The notes below the pieces were generated by a model. It saw only the letters and a list, made by a program, of their open reading frames with translations. It ran no database searches and was not told the origin of the DNA. Source: Rhizodiscina lignyota (Eukaryota). From it: a stretch of DNA of 64,000 nt. Made by a program: the position numbers and the translations under genes. Shown here piece by piece: positions 37,049 through 49,881 of this stretch; within the stretch, counting starts at the first letter, position 1; each line of letters starts with the position of its first letter. Location: positions 1 to 64,000 of the forward strand of contig ML978131.1 in NCBI GenBank assembly GCA_010015805.1, in the 5' to 3' direction.

Positions 37049-39022
37049 TCAATGAGCCACACTGACCTCCAGACCACTCAACTTCCCTTCCGCCCTCCAC
37101 TGTTCCAGTACACTCACGTAATCGAGAATGCCTTTCCCCCAAACCCCCACCCTGGCCACCTGCATCTGTATCTCTACAGGCAGCTCGAAGATTTGGTCCA
37201 GGCCACCCTCACTGTTCATGTAGCTGGGCGTACATCCCTTCATCGCTGCTCCCCTCGCCGCCATAGACATGATCCGCAGCCCCCACTGGTCTTCCGCTTC
37301 GGCCGTCGGTTCAATGATGACCTTGTTTTTGGCATCTACACCTGCAGCGGCTTTGGCCAATATGTATGCTATGTGGGTGCTGAGCTGGTCGAGCACGTAC
37401 ATTTGATTCGCAGCTACACCCGCTTGCAAAGGACCTGGCCAGAAGAGATTTGGGAATCCTCGGCTGATCACACCATGCAGAGTTCCTGGCGCCTCCCTGG
37501 TCCGTTTATCAAGATCTGCACCGTCTCTTCCCTTGATTTCGATCCCGGCACGTAAGGCTGGACTGCCATTTCCAGTAGATGGGCTGGCAAAGCCGGTGCT
37601 GAAGATTAGAACGTCGAGGTCGAATTCTTTGTCGCCAACTACAAGGCCCTTCTCAGTGGCTCGGTCTACACCTCGTCCTTCAGTATCGATAAGTTTGACG
37701 TTCGGATTGTTGTATGTCTGCAAGTATTCATCGTGGAAAGTGGGCCGTTTGCACCAAGTTGGATACCAATGCTTGAGTCTTTCAGCTGTGTCCTTGTCCT
37801 TTACAATATTCTCGACCCGGGCACGAATGCGCTCCGCCCGGACAAAATCCTGGGCATGCAACGAAGCGACATACGTAGGGATGTCCTCGGGGCGAACTTC
37901 ACTGGCATTCCCGATAAGCGCGCAGTAGGTCGATATCTTACTCCAGCTGTCGGAAACCATGTCGACCTCAGTCTCAGGCGAAGCATGGGCGAGACGAGCA
38001 TTAAAGTTATCCGACCTCTCGCGCTGCCAGCCCTTGCCACGCTTGGTGATCTTGTTTTGCCATTCTTGAGGATCCGTAGGATGATTGTCGCGTGTGTCGA
38101 CAGACGATGGCGTGCGCTGGAAGACATAGAGCTTCTTCGCCCACTGAGCAAGATGAGGGACAGCCTGGACGGCAGTGGCACCCGTGCCAATAATGCCAAC
38201 AGTCTTATCCCGCAGATTGACGAGAGAAGGGTCTGTGGGGGAGCCACCAGTATAAGCATAATCCCAGCGAGAGGTATGGAAGCTGTGGCCCTGGAAGTTT
38301 TCAATTCCCGGGATGCCGGGAAGTTTGGGGTAGTTGAGCAGGCCGGAAGCCAGAATCACAAATGGCGCGCGGATGTTATGCTGGGAGCCTTGTGCGCCCA
38401 CGGATTCTGTCTCCACAACCCACTCCTCATGATCATTATCCCAAGTTGCACTTTTCACGAGTTGCCTGAATATGGCCTTGTCCTTCAAGTCCCATTTTGC
38501 GACAATTGATTCAGCATATTCCCTCAGCTCAGGGCCATACGAATACCTGTGCTTTGGCATATACCCCATCTCTTCCAGCAATGGGGCATAGATGTAGCTC
38601 TCCACATCGCACATAAGCCCTGGGTAGCGGTTCCAGTACCATGTTCCCCCGAAGCCTCCAGCTGAATCTACAAGACGTATATCGGACGCGGGAATTCCAG
38701 CTTCTATCAAGCGAACTGCGAAGAGCAGGCCACCAAAACCTGCTCCAACGATGAGATATTTGCAGTAGTCTGGCACTTCGGCTTGGGCTGCCTTGGGGTC
38801 AACCCACGGATCCTCCTGAAAGTGCTTGAACTTGTCCGACTTTGAGAGATCAATGTACTGCGCGTCCCCCTCGGGCCTCAGGCGTTTTTCACGCTCATTG
38901 GCATACTTCTGTTGTATTTCCGCTGCGGCCGCCTCTACGCCCGCCTTCATCGCGGACGCAGGGTCGAGGGACGAGCCGGCCAATGGAGGTGCTTCGCTGG
39001 TCACCGGCGCGTTGTGCGACAT
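37049..39022 (-). CDS. Baeyer-Villiger monooxygenase (FAD/NADPH)
   Basis: Intronless, 657 aa. GAGFGG, GGTWYWNRYPG, BVMO fingerprint FQGHSFHTSRW, GTGATA, FQRTP and CTPSY. Confidence 0.95.
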   Translation of the reverse strand: MSHNAPVTSEAPPLAGSSLDPASAMKAGVEAAAAEIQQKYANEREKRLRPEGDAQYIDLSKSDKFKHFQEDPWVDPKAAQAEVPDYCKYLIVGAGFGGLLFAVRLIEAGIPASDIRLVDSAGGFGGTWYWNRYPGLMCDVESYIYAPLLEEMGYMPKHRYSYGPELREYAESIVAKWDLKDKAIFRQLVKSATWDNDHEEWVVETESVGAQGSQHNIRAPFVILASGLLNYPKLPGIPGIENFQGHSFHTSRWDYAYTGGSPTDPSLVNLRDKTVGIIGTGATAVQAVPHLAQWAKKLYVFQRTPSSVDTRDNHPTDPQEWQNKITKRGKGWQRERSDNFNARLAHASPETEVDMVSDSWSKISTYCALIGNASEVRPEDIPTYVASLHAQDFVRAERIRARVENIVKDKDTAERLKHWYPTWCKRPTFHDEYLQTYNNPNVKLIDTEGRGVDRATEKGLVVGDKEFDLDVLIFSTGFASPSTGNGSPALRAGIEIKGRDGADLDKRTREAPGTLHGVISRGFPNLFWPGPLQAGVAANQMYVLDQLSTHIAYILAKAAAGVDAKNKVIIEPTAEAEDQWGLRIMSMAARGAAMKGCTPSYMNSEGGLDQIFELPVEIQMQVARVGVWGKGILDYVSVLEQWRAEGKLSGLEVSVAH

Positions 39023-39742
39023 CTCGAATGCGGAAGCCGGTACGACGTGTATTTGGTATTACTAAACGCCACGGCACCTGAATCAGCTTAGTTTCCGTGC
39101 CGGTCGGAAAAGATGTGCCGTTTCTGGCGTATTGTTACCAATTGAGATTTCAATTTGTGGAAAAGATGTTGTAGAAGTACAGAGGTCTATTGGTCGATTG
39201 TGGAGATCGTGAGGTAAGACAGCGACCGCCACGACGCCTGATCTCGACGTCGATGCGCCTTGAGGCTCATGTGTCAGACGGGCCAATCCGGTCGATCATC
39301 TGAGAGCTGGGATTGGCTGACGGCAAATCTTCGGCGTATCGCTCTATAAAGATTGAGGAGATGAAGGTTTTCAAGGCTGAAGCTCTCGTTGGAACCTTTA
39401 TAATCATTGCTTCCTTGATGGGGCAGAGATTCGGCTTCGATCCCAATTGTGTTGCCCAAAGTAAAACTTTCGTAAATTCTTACAGAGAATTCAGATCAAT
39501 TGCGAGGTCCAGAGTATGTAATCGGAATCACTTTACAAATGGGCGTACGTTTGCAAAATCGAATACGAGCACAGAATATGCTGCCTCCACGTGAAGAACT
39601 GAGGCTCCGAACTATCATCGCTTACTCGACGAAGTCGAATGGTCCTGTATAATGAGCTTTTACACTTGCACACGTACGAGAGCATGTCTGAAAGAATGAT
39701 CCGACAGGCATTGAATTGTAATTGTTGGCGAATATCCAACTG

Positions 39743-40864
39743 CTAGTAATAGAAATCATTCTCGAGTATGAATGCTCTCTTCATAACCTCATCACGCCAA
39801 TGCTCTCCAAGGCTGAACTCCCAGAGTGCCGCAATCTCTCTTGCCACTTCATCACTCACGTCCGTCCACTCTTCCTTTGCCTCCTCCATATGCCGCGAAA
39901 CAGTTGTGATGTCGAACGCATGTCCTGCCCACACGCCTCGATGTATGTCGCCTTCGTACCTCCCCCAATCGTATTCATCTGAAAACCACTGTTCCTCGGA
40001 TGACCAGCAGATGCGTGACAGAACGACTTCGCCAAAGCCGATTCCGTCGATATAAGGGCCGGATACCCGTGAAGGATCGATCGCAATGGCTTCAGCGCGG
40101 ACATACTCTTTGGTGGTGAGGTTTCGGAGTATGTGTTTCTCATTTTGAGGGTAGAGATTGTGGACTCTGTACCAGTCGTTCCCACTCAGGAATAAGCCTG
40201 CCGCCTCAGGGTGTTGATCTATCCAATCCAATTCTAAATTCTCCGGTAGCGACGAGACTAATTCATCGTACTGCATTCGTAGCTCATACTTGTCGTTTTC
40301 ATCGAAGCAACGGGCAGGAGCAAAGTCGTAAATGCAATTAGAGAGCGTGCCCGGAGTCCGTCCTCGGATTAGCATCTCGAAGAGGGTCAATCGTTCATTG
40401 GGTAATGTCTTTTGGGTGGAGCACAGCTCTTTGACCTCCTGTGGGGTTAACATTCCTGGTGGGCCCCAAGTGTCCTCTCCATCACAATTGCTGCCGAGAC
40501 ACACAAGGCTTTCGCCTGCCCAACTTCCTAGGCCAGCCATGAAGCGCTTCAGAAACTGCTCATAACAGACATTCCAAAAGTATTGGCTCGTGAAGCTCGC
40601 ATGCTGAAGATCCGGGGCATCGAGATAACCAAGGATCTGGTCGAGAAGCTCCGGGGGCAAATTCGCAAGACGGCTGTTCGCCACGGCATCGAGGATATTC
40701 GCATCTGCATTGATTGTGAGTTGCTGCTGTGGCCGTGTGGGTTTCGCAAGTAACCAAACAAGCTCCCGCGGAGATGAACTGAGTAGGATCCTGTCAAGGG
40801 GATAGGGGTCTTTGCTCCACCTCTCCTTACGTAGAACAGCTGACACTGTCCAACCTTGATCCAT
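39743..40864 (-). CDS. F-box domain protein
   Basis: F-box LANLPPELLDQILGYLD. The C-terminal ILRNLTTKEYVR, GFGEVVLSRICWS and GVWAGHAFDI are typical of a fungal F-box family. Confidence 0.82.
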   Translation of the reverse strand: MDQGWTVSAVLRKERWSKDPYPLDRILLSSSPRELVWLLAKPTRPQQQLTINADANILDAVANSRLANLPPELLDQILGYLDAPDLQHASFTSQYFWNVCYEQFLKRFMAGLGSWAGESLVCLGSNCDGEDTWGPPGMLTPQEVKELCSTQKTLPNERLTLFEMLIRGRTPGTLSNCIYDFAPARCFDENDKYELRMQYDELVSSLPENLELDWIDQHPEAAGLFLSGNDWYRVHNLYPQNEKHILRNLTTKEYVRAEAIAIDPSRVSGPYIDGIGFGEVVLSRICWSSEEQWFSDEYDWGRYEGDIHRGVWAGHAFDITTVSRHMEEAKEEWTDVSDEVAREIAALWEFSLGEHWRDEVMKRAFILENDFYY

Positions 40865-41484
40865 TTTGCGATGGGGTCACGGGCAGTTGATGTCCTATGC
40901 CGTGAGGAGAAGAGCTGAGGCGCTCGCAGAGTGATGTGTCGTATGAAGAATCTGCATGGTGTGTTGTAGTTGTAGAAATGTGCACGATGAAAAGTCTGTA
41001 TAAGTGAATGTATCCGCGCCAAGGCAGCAAACACAGCCCAGCATACACCACACCGTGTTTGAGTGTGTATGCTACACAGTGTAAGTGCAACAAATGACGT
41101 CAAGCACGGAAATAAGGGAAGTATTGAACAAGCCAGACATGTTGGTTGCATATCTGGCAATCTACAAACCTATCGACGGTCTGTCCTAACTATGCTGCAT
41201 GCATCTCTCGTGGTAATCCTCCATAACTCCGTACCGTGTCCATCCAATCCATTGATTCATAACCATGCACCATTTTATCATGCTCGTAATCCAGTCGTGA
41301 AGAGGGAAAGAAAACCACTCCAAATATGAAAGACCTTCAAGTAAACGCCTGTAAAGCAAAGAAATCAAAGGCCGAGGAAACAGACCCCGCCCTGAAAATA
41401 GCCACGTGTCTCACCGCAGAATGTGGAATAATCGTGAAGACGAAAACAAATGAATCGACTCCCGCTGCTCAGCCTACCGCATTC

Positions 41485-44089
41485 TTAATAGCCTGTGCCA
41501 GCCCCCGTATCACCGTCTCCGAGTGTTCCCATGCCATGCGAAAAGCCCAGGTCCACATTACTGTCTAAGAACCAGCTCATCGGATCGAAAAAGTCGAGGC
41601 TAGTGCCATAGAGAGGGTTGTTCGTGTTAAACGACAAACCCAGCCCATTGCCATTATTAGCCAATTCCTGCGTATACACCGGTAGCGCGGGATTCGAGTC
41701 GGTGGTGGTGACTCCGTACGTGGCGAGTTCGTTCGACGTAGCTGCAGGAGAGATGGTCTGGTCGAGAGAGATATGCATGCCGTTTCCGTTTTCGTTTGTC
41801 ATTCCCTGGACCGAGCCCATCGACATGCTGCCCCGATGCGATCCTTGGCTGCCTAGTTGGCTCGCCCGGCGCGAGAACTTCGGACTGTCGACCGTAGCTT
41901 CTGGACTCGTAGGATTTCTCACAGCTGCATCGAGATTCTCTGCACGTACCTTGCCCTGGAGCTCGTCACGCCAGCGCCAGACACTATCGTAGACCAACGA
42001 CATGCTCATCCTCGTGCGAAGCTTAAGCTGGAGACTATCATCGATATCACCCGAGCTGCCCTGTTCAAGACCATTACCATTGCCGTTAGCGCCAGAACTA
42101 GTCGAAGATCCCATCTCCTGTATCGAGTTTGGCGGGAGCGGAGCCAAAGAGCGGCCAGCTCCACTATAGTGCCAAAGCTGCACTACGACTTCGCTAAGAC
42201 GCTGGGGGAGATCGTTGGACTGCACGCTCATGGCACGAACAGCTGCAACAGTCTTGGAGAAGAGGATGCAGCCCTTTTCACGTTCAGGCTCAAGGTGCGC
42301 TACGAAGAACGAGTTGAGTAGCTTGGACAGCGTATATGCGGCTGCGAGCATCATCTGCATGATATAGTTCGTCGCATACTTGAGTCCCTTGCCTTCGAGC
42401 TTGAGCGCTGCGTCGAGAAAGTCGGTGGTCGCGGCATAAAGGCTGACGAGATCTGAGCGGTATGTGAGGGCGTGCGGCGGTTCGAAGAAGGCATAGAGGC
42501 GAATGTGAAGACGCACGGCGCCGAGATAGAGTGCATCCCAAGGATTGTCGTTGAGATTGGCGATACTGGGGCCATGGTTGCGGCCGGTGTCATCAAATTG
42601 TTGTTGGAGATCCTGCGCTGCCATAGTCGCAAACAGTGCTTGCTCCTTCGAAGAGGCCTCGCTATTGTAGCTGTATAGTTTAGTGGTAATGTTGTTGGCG
42701 AACTTTTCAAGCTCGAGACGGCGGCGGAGCTCTTCTGGGATGGGGAAGGTCTCGCTATTAGTACCAGTTCGGAGAGTCAGCACGGGGTCCAGAGTGGAAT
42801 CGTAGACGGTCTGGGGAGGAAGGCCGTAACCAGTAGATATGGACTGTGCGACAATGTTGCATGCAGCCCAGGTTTTCAGACGATCGCGGATGTCGTCTTC
42901 TTGAAGGTGAATATGACTACGTGAAAAGTCCTCCGCGTGGGATGGTCGATGCAGACCGTTCTGCATGGCGATGTTCATCATGAGACCGCAGTAGATCACA
43001 GTCGAATCCATGGACGTGCTGCTGACTGGCAATGGCCATGTGCAAAGGAGACATAGGGCCTTGATGACTTGATAATTTTGAGGCACGGCAGAGATGGTCG
43101 CCCAGTACAAAGTCTTGTAGTGTGGAGACAGCTTGGATAGCAACTCCCGATCACCAGGAAATTGTCTAGCGCCAACGATAACGATTGTCCAGAATAACAG
43201 CTCGGAGAGCCCGAAGTAATGTTCGGGGGGCTTTTGCGGATCTAGGAGAGGGAGGAAGCGATGGTAATGTTGCCAGTACTCTTCGAATATCTCCGCGACG
43301 CGCTCGCGCGCAAGCATGACATTTCCCAATGTGCGAAAGGCCGGAGTCTTTCGACTACCGCGCCGCTGAGGATTGCCATCAAGGCCTTGCTTTAGATCTA
43401 GAAGTGACTCCACCGCTTCATGCGATCCTTGCAAGTTGGGATCCAAGTCGCTAGGCGGCATCCCATGATATGTGTATGATGATGGTCCATTGTTGGTCGC
43501 ATAGACAGTCGGAACGGTCATTGGCATTGGCTTGCCACCAAGCTGCTGCCTCAGTACTGAGTTCTCGTGCTCGAGTTCGGCCGTGCGCCGCTCCAGCTCG
43601 GCATACTTGCTGCGCTTGCCTATGCGCCGGAAGGACTCTTCGATTCGACATTGCAGGTTTTGTCTGCGGCATCGCGAACAGGATACGAACGGGTCTTGTT
43701 GGACGTCGCATCGGAGCTGTACACCAAGTACTTGCATTAGCCATTAAAAAATTCGGATGACAGCGATCTCTGCGACCGGGCGGATTGGCGCTCACCTTCT
43801 GCTGGCGGCACTCATTGCACGCCCGCTTCACACCGGGTGCCCTTGTGCGCGCACCTTGTCCATTTCCACCCGCTTGCGCGTCTTCTGCCGCTCCAGTATC
43901 ACCATCGTCGCCAATATCTGGGGACGAGCGGTCGAACAGCGCGCTGCTGCGACGCTTGCGGCCGCGCGGTGACGAGACGGCGGGGAGAGCGTAAGCGGAG
44001 GCAGGAGGAGAGATGCCATTCGCATGGATGGGTGAAGCGATGGGAAACGAGGTCGGCGGCGAAATTGGGGTACTCAAGTCACGATCCAT
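41485..44089 (-). CDS. leuB: Zn(II)2Cys6 transcription factor, LeuB/Leu3-like
   Basis: join(44089..43796,43716..41485). KRACNECRQQK|LRCDVQQDPFVSCSRCRRQNLQC..FRRIGKRSK, a fungal TF domain, NDLPQRL and RMSMSLVYDSVWRWR, recalled as LeuB-like. Confidence 0.8.
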
Positions 44090-45403
44090 TGCTCGCACTG
44101 AGGCTGTCTCACGTTCTGCGCGCGTGGAATGTCGCCGGTGTCGGTGGGCGCACGAGAACGAAATCGGAGGCAGAGGGGTTGCTTTTCGATCCGTTGGTGG
44201 GGAAGACGCCCGCCGCCGAGGCCTGGAATCGCCGTCGCGTCGGAGCTTGGCTGGTTGCTGGTATTCAATTGCTAAGCGACTTGAGTGTAGGAGGTATCCG
44301 TGTTGTGTGTACTTGAAAAGAGAGTCGTGCAGCTGTGAAAACTGCTGTTGGCCTCGAGTGTCGACTTTGCTTCGGCGAATCTCCAGTCACACCCACACCC
44401 GTTTTCGGCCAATCAGCGCCGCTCGCGTGCTCCAGTTGCCGGCGACACTCAACCGCGCAATGACTCGCAATTAAGTAACGCGATGCTTGCGATCTTATTA
44501 ATTGCTTTCACTGTACCAAGTACCTGTATTGTTTTTCATGCCTAAGTATGCTATACATGCAGAGTAGTAAGAACTATTGCGCTATGAAAGATGAAGTCCG
44601 AGCAGTCCGCATTCCGCCCAGCACTCGTCTATTCACTTGATCTTGTCAACCCACTCAGTGAAAATATGTTCAAAAGCGTGTGATTTAACCAGGCGGTTGA
44701 CAACTGGCCTTGCCTAAACAGAAGGCATCTTGGACGTACTCGCACGATTTCTTATGGACGTTCGTGCGCTGTCAGATTACCCGTCCCATACGATACTATT
44801 TGAATTAAGAAACGCAAAGGGAAATTGGTACACTCCACATAGGCCTTCATTAGTGAATGATGACCGTCTTTTCAAGAGTGAACAACATCATAACGCCGCA
44901 GATTTGACGGCGAGAGGCGAACTGGAATGTTAAAGCATTTCCCAATGGGATACCGACGGCTATTGACGGCTTAGCACATCGTCCCTTGCAATCGTCCTCG
45001 AAGACGACATCTCTCCAGTGCCACTCGCTTCCGAGCTCACAGAAGCGCTATTACAGCACCAAAAACCCATTGGCCTCTCAAGGTCACCAGACGATCGGAT
45101 ATTCTTGCATTTGGGCCTTCGAGGGCTTATCGAACCGTTACGTGATAACAAAGCCGGCTTGCCGAAGCAAAGCGTCTGCCACCTGCATATTGAGGGGCAT
45201 GTCATAATGCCTTTGTACAGGTGATGTAGACATACATATCCGATTTCCATACTCCACTCCTCTCAACGGTCCTCTTTCCTGGCCTCCCCAGCCTCATTTC
45301 TCGAGTAGATCGCTGGCAGGCCGTCATTGCTGTGAACCTTCTTTGTCTATCTCATCTCCTTCCATCATCTACATATCAGTTCTCTATCCACTTACTTCGG
45401 ACA

Positions 45404-47069
45404 ATGAAACCCCGAGTCAAGCATCTCCAGTATCTACACCAAGTGGACCATTTATTCCAGTCCTCGCATAGACCTGTTGCATATCTCGTCTTCTCCAGGC
45501 GAGCAGTACACTCGAGCAACGCAAAGCATGCTTCGGCAACCGCTTCCCAACCCACAATTCTCTCTGCTCCACCGACCCCCGATGCACAAAGCCATGTAGC
45601 ACGCAAACAACCTTCCACTGGCACCGAGTCTCCCCTCTCCGTCCTCCCAACCTCGCAGATCCTCCGAACGTACCTAATTACCAGACTGTCATCCTCGCCG
45701 GCCCTGTTAAACCTCTCGCTTTCCATGCTCCACCGCATGCTGGCGTCACACTCTCTACTCACGAGTCTCGACCGCAATCCTCTGCTTCGATGGTTACTGA
45801 AAAGGACATTCTATGCTCAGTTCTGCGCTGGAGAGAACAAGCAGGAGGTTCTGAGCACTGTCGCAAGAGTTACGAATACGGGATACAGCGGAGTAATTCT
45901 CGAGTATGCTTTAGAGGTTCTCAAAGATGGAGACAAAGGCCCGGACAGCCCGATCACAAAAAGGGAAATTGAGATGTGGCGGAAGGGGATGATCGAATCA
46001 GTAGAAATGACAAGGAAAGGCGACTTTGTTGGACTCAAGTACGTCTTCTGTCTGAATATTCCTCAGAATTATTTTTTCAAAGTGTGGCTCACGTTGTAAT
46101 AGATGGTCTGGACTCGGCCAGCACGCATTCGCATTGCTTAAAGCAAACAAACCGCCGACAACCGCCATGCTTTCGGCAATCCACGAGGTCTGCGAATTGG
46201 CGGCGGCGAAAGGCGTTGGACTTCTCCCAGGCGCAGAAGAAGAAGTGACCAATCCAGGCATCGACGCCTGGACCTTGATGCTCCAGGAGCGATATAACAG
46301 TCTCAATCCCTCTGCAGCAACCATGTCATCCCAGACTCGGGGATCGACCCAGGGCGGGCCAGGAATTACTGCAGCGTCCAACGGCAATACGACAACGCCG
46401 AAGCCAATCATGTACACTACGTTCCAGGCGTACTTGCGCAGCACGCCAGCAAATCTCTCTCGCCATCTTGCTTCTGCCCGCGCAAACAACCATATCCTTG
46501 GTATCAAACTCGTACGAGGCGCATATATGTCCTCGGAACCCGCCTCGGCCATCTGGCCCTCCAAAGAAGAAACAGATCGGGCCTATGACGAGCTGGCCTC
46601 TGCGCTGCTGAAGCGACAATACGGCGGTATCCTGCAGCCCTTACACGGCTCGAGTTCTGAGTTTCCCGAGATCGACGTCGTGCTAGCGACGCACAACGTC
46701 GCCTCCGTTCGCAAGGCCACAGCTGTCCGACAGGAGCAGCTTGAGCGCGGCGAGCCGCGAACCAACGTCGTATTTGCGCAGCTGATGGGTATGGCGGACG
46801 AGGTGGGATGCGAGCTTTTGGCCTTGGGAAGGAGCGCGAGGGCGGAGAATGAGGCTGCGGCGCAGAAGGCGGGAGAGAAGGAGAAGGAGGTTATGGACGT
46901 GCCGAGGGCGCTGAAGTGCTGCACTTGGGGCACGCTGAGCGAGTGTCTGAACTTTTTGGTGAGGCGGGCGGCGGAGAATAGGGATGCGGCGGGGAGGACA
47001 GAGGAGAGTCGACGGGCGATGGGGAGGGAGATCTGGAGACGGTGTAGGAGGACGGTTGGGCTTTCGTGA
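45404..47069 (+). CDS. put1: proline dehydrogenase (mitochondrial)
   Basis: join(45404..46038,46103..47069). TFYAQFCAGE, GVILEYALE, TFQAYLR, GIKLVRGAY, LATHN, FAQLMGMADE and FLVRRAAEN. Confidence 0.92.
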
Positions 47070-48240
47070 GGCTGTGGCTGCTTTGATCTCAGTATTTGCT
47101 TCATTGCTTATGGGTTCAGATATTGGCTAGGGATAGGGGCATACATGTCCACCGTGACCGGCGCTGTTACGATTGACTTGTACAGACACTTCTGGTGCTA
47201 TGGCTAGCATGTTCAGTAAATTATTTGGCGATTCTTCTATAGAACAGTGGCTTCAGCCTTTACATTCTTCTGTGCAGCACAGAGTCGTGAGCGTTCGAGT
47301 CCACGCACTTACCCTAAGGCTATCTACAGGGCTATCATAAAATTTCCGCTGGTTGAACTTACAATGAGAGAATTAGACCATTTGATGCAGCGATACTAGA
47401 TATCACCAGTTAGTCTTATATTCTCGGGCGCGCTGTTATGAAATTTGTCCATGCTCTCTTCGACCATGATATTAGAGCACAGGTCAGCGTGCTAGTTACT
47501 CAACAAGAATCTCTATCCCTACTTAGAAATCCCATTATCCAGCTATAGACATCTTGGCCTCATCGCTCTACTTGTGCCAACCTGACCAACAGTTCAACGA
47601 GATATTGCTTCTGATGTGACCGCTGTATAGAGGGAACGGGGTATAGCGCTGGGAAGGATGGATAGTCTTGTAGTCCAACTACCTGTTGTAGTAAATTAGT
47701 AACTAGCGCTGGCATAGAAGCCAGTAAAGCAACGTGTGAGCAAGATAATAGCAAAAGGAGAGTCAGTATTTGCGCCAACCTGGCTCTGTCGCAGCCAGCA
47801 ATGCCCAGTATACAATTCGCTGACAAAACGCCATCGGCGTACGGGGAAGGATGCCGCGGGAAGGGGAGTGATAGCATGGTAGAGCGCTTGGCTGCTACCT
47901 GTCTTCTGTGTGATATGCTGTGTGATCCTGTTCTTTGCCTTCCAGATATCAAACCTACCTCGAGTCTTCAACGAGAAGTCGAAGAGCTGGTCCTGCGCCA
48001 CGTGCAGCTCGCGGGCTCCTCGCCAAGCTCTGCTGTCGCTGTGTGTGGTAGTGGTGGGCGTGACGTAGCCATTGTTGTGCGAGGCGGCAGAAGTCATTTC
48101 TGCTTCACCTTGCTCTTGTTTTTCTTCCTCTTACACCAACCACCCTTCCCACATTCAAAATTCCACAACTCAACCACACCACGATATAGAGGCTGCATCT
48201 CTTGCAAGATGCTTCCTCTATATCTACACAATCATTACAA

Positions 48241-48257
48241 TGAATTTTTTTTCACTC
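48241..48257. promoter_or_regulatory. RRPE-like element upstream of the putative snoRNA host transcript
   Basis: tgaattttttttcactc; the reverse strand reads GAGTGAAAAAAAATTCA, resembling TGAAAAWTTTT. It lies ~60 bp before a CA-rich leader. Confidence 0.35.
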
Positions 48258-48883
48258 CCCTTCCGCCGCCATCGCTGGGCGCGCGAGGCGTGTCTCTGAC
48301 CGCTTTCGCGTACTCAACGAACACCACCACCCACACAACAACCACAACTTCTCATACCTTATCCGGGCATGGGACAGCTCCTAGAGGTATGTTTAGTCGT
48401 TAGATCTTGCTTTTATCCATCAGGATATTCGTGAAGTGACACGGTCGACGTCGCTGGCTCAGGCGTGCCTGGAGGCTGCGGAGCTCGACCGCGTCTTCCT
48501 TCAACACCACAGCTTCGCAAGAGCTTGATGCTCTCGAGGCACCTTCTGATGACCTAGTCTTCTGTTAGATAGATCTCTCAACCATTATTTGGCGGCTTGA
48601 CTCAGATCTTGTCGTCGTACGAGATAAACACCTCCGTAAGGAGTCACTTGGGAGCTTCGCTCAAACACCATCAGTGGCTGGCGACAATCCTCAAACCGTG
48701 ACAACAACCCTTCGATCACAACAACTGCAACTGTCAGCCTCGTCGCCGTTGCGATATACTGTAGAAAGATACGTACCGTTGGCGAGCTGTTTCTCAAAAG
48801 GTAAGTCCCCATCTTCTGTCTCCCCATACCCCCTTGTTGCCTTTACCAATTTAGGTGGACCTTATTGTTGTTCTTTGCTCTTC

Positions 48884-49051
48884 TGGTTGCTGCTTGAACC
48901 TCTTTGTTGGTTCTATCATAGACTGGCATCGGTGGTCCTTCAGTAACCTCTCAATGGCATCGGACTAAGGCAAGGCTCCGAGATCAACATAGGCACATAA
49001 CAAGCTTCACACTTTAGTGTCAGTGATGAAGTTCTTCGATGCCAGACAACC
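48884..49051 (+). ncRNA. box H/ACA-like snoRNA, copy 1 (intronic)
   Basis: 5' hairpin ggttgctg..cagtaacc, H box AGATCA at 48981-48986, 3' hairpin ggca..gcttca..tgaagt..tgcc, ACA at 49046-49048. Confidence 0.65.
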
Positions 49052-49244
49052 CCTTCTTTTGTTACCAGCGATTGCAGAATCCAGTGATGCGGAAAGCTAA
49101 CATTAACTGACTAGGCATCGCCGCATCAGTATGGCTTCCTCCTGAAGTAGCATCTTCAAAGGTGAGTAACCGTCTCTTTCTTCTCAATTCAGAATCCCTT
49201 TCGTCGATTCGATAGACCGGACTCACAAGGCGTTCTTTTGCCTT

Positions 49245-49412
49245 TGGCTGCTGCTTGAACCTCTTTGCTGGTTCCACCGTGGACTGGCATCGATGGTCCT
49301 TCAGTAACCTCTCAATGGCACTAGAGCACAGAACAAGTCCAAGATCAACATAGGCATATAACAAGCTTCACACTTCAGTGTCAGTGATGAAGTTCTTCGA
49401 TGCCTGACATCC
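49245..49412 (+). ncRNA. box H/ACA-like snoRNA, copy 2 (intronic)
   Basis: Paralog of copy 1 with a pairing-preserving change tcta/taga to tcca/tgga. H box AGATCA at 49342-49347, ACA at 49407-49409. Confidence 0.65.
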
Positions 49413-49596
49413 CTTCCCCTCGACACAGCTTCATAGAACGCAGGGCTGTGCAATACTGACAGCGACTGCTCAGGTATCGATATATCTCGAGACGTTGAGA
49501 TTCATTTCCCGGATGGCCTCTGACACGCGGTTGTGGATTGGTGAGCGACTTCCAGATCTGTTCCGTACTTGCTTCGAATCTGCTCCTTTTCCAGCT

Positions 49597-49723
49597 GTGC
49601 AATGATGAACCAAAAAATTATAAATTGAGAGAACATCGTATTGGCTACCGGCGAGGTTTCGGGCTTGCTCAGATACCAGCCAGGCCATGCCGATAACACC
49701 AATTACTACAAAACTCTGAGGGT
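49597..49723 (+). ncRNA. box C/D-like snoRNA, copy 1 (intronic)
   Basis: C box ATGATGA at 49602-49608, D box CTGA at 49716-49719, internal hairpin. The D box is 69 nt before the 3' splice site. Confidence 0.6.
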
Positions 49724-49881
49724 CCTCAAATCACTCGTATATAATTTGCCTCTTGAGTTCAGATGGCTAACATTTTGGATACCGCAAGGCACACCGCGGT
49801 GGTGACACGTGGTAATGGATTGGTGAGCGACTTCCAGATCCCTTCCGTATTTGCTTCGAATCTTCTCCTTTTCCAGCTGCT

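Noticed and set aside
24889..39022. Secondary-metabolite cluster (P450, Zn2Cys6 TF, isochorismatase, BVMO)
   Set aside because: No PKS, NRPS or terpene synthase backbone, unrelated genes are interspersed, and the P450 appears broken.
44730..45224. Two same-frame short ORFs separated by TAA and TGA between leuB and put1
   Set aside because: No family resemblance; could be chance in a divergent promoter region.
48546..48552. CTGATGA as a hammerhead ribozyme core
   Set aside because: No stem II followed by GAAA in the required arrangement.
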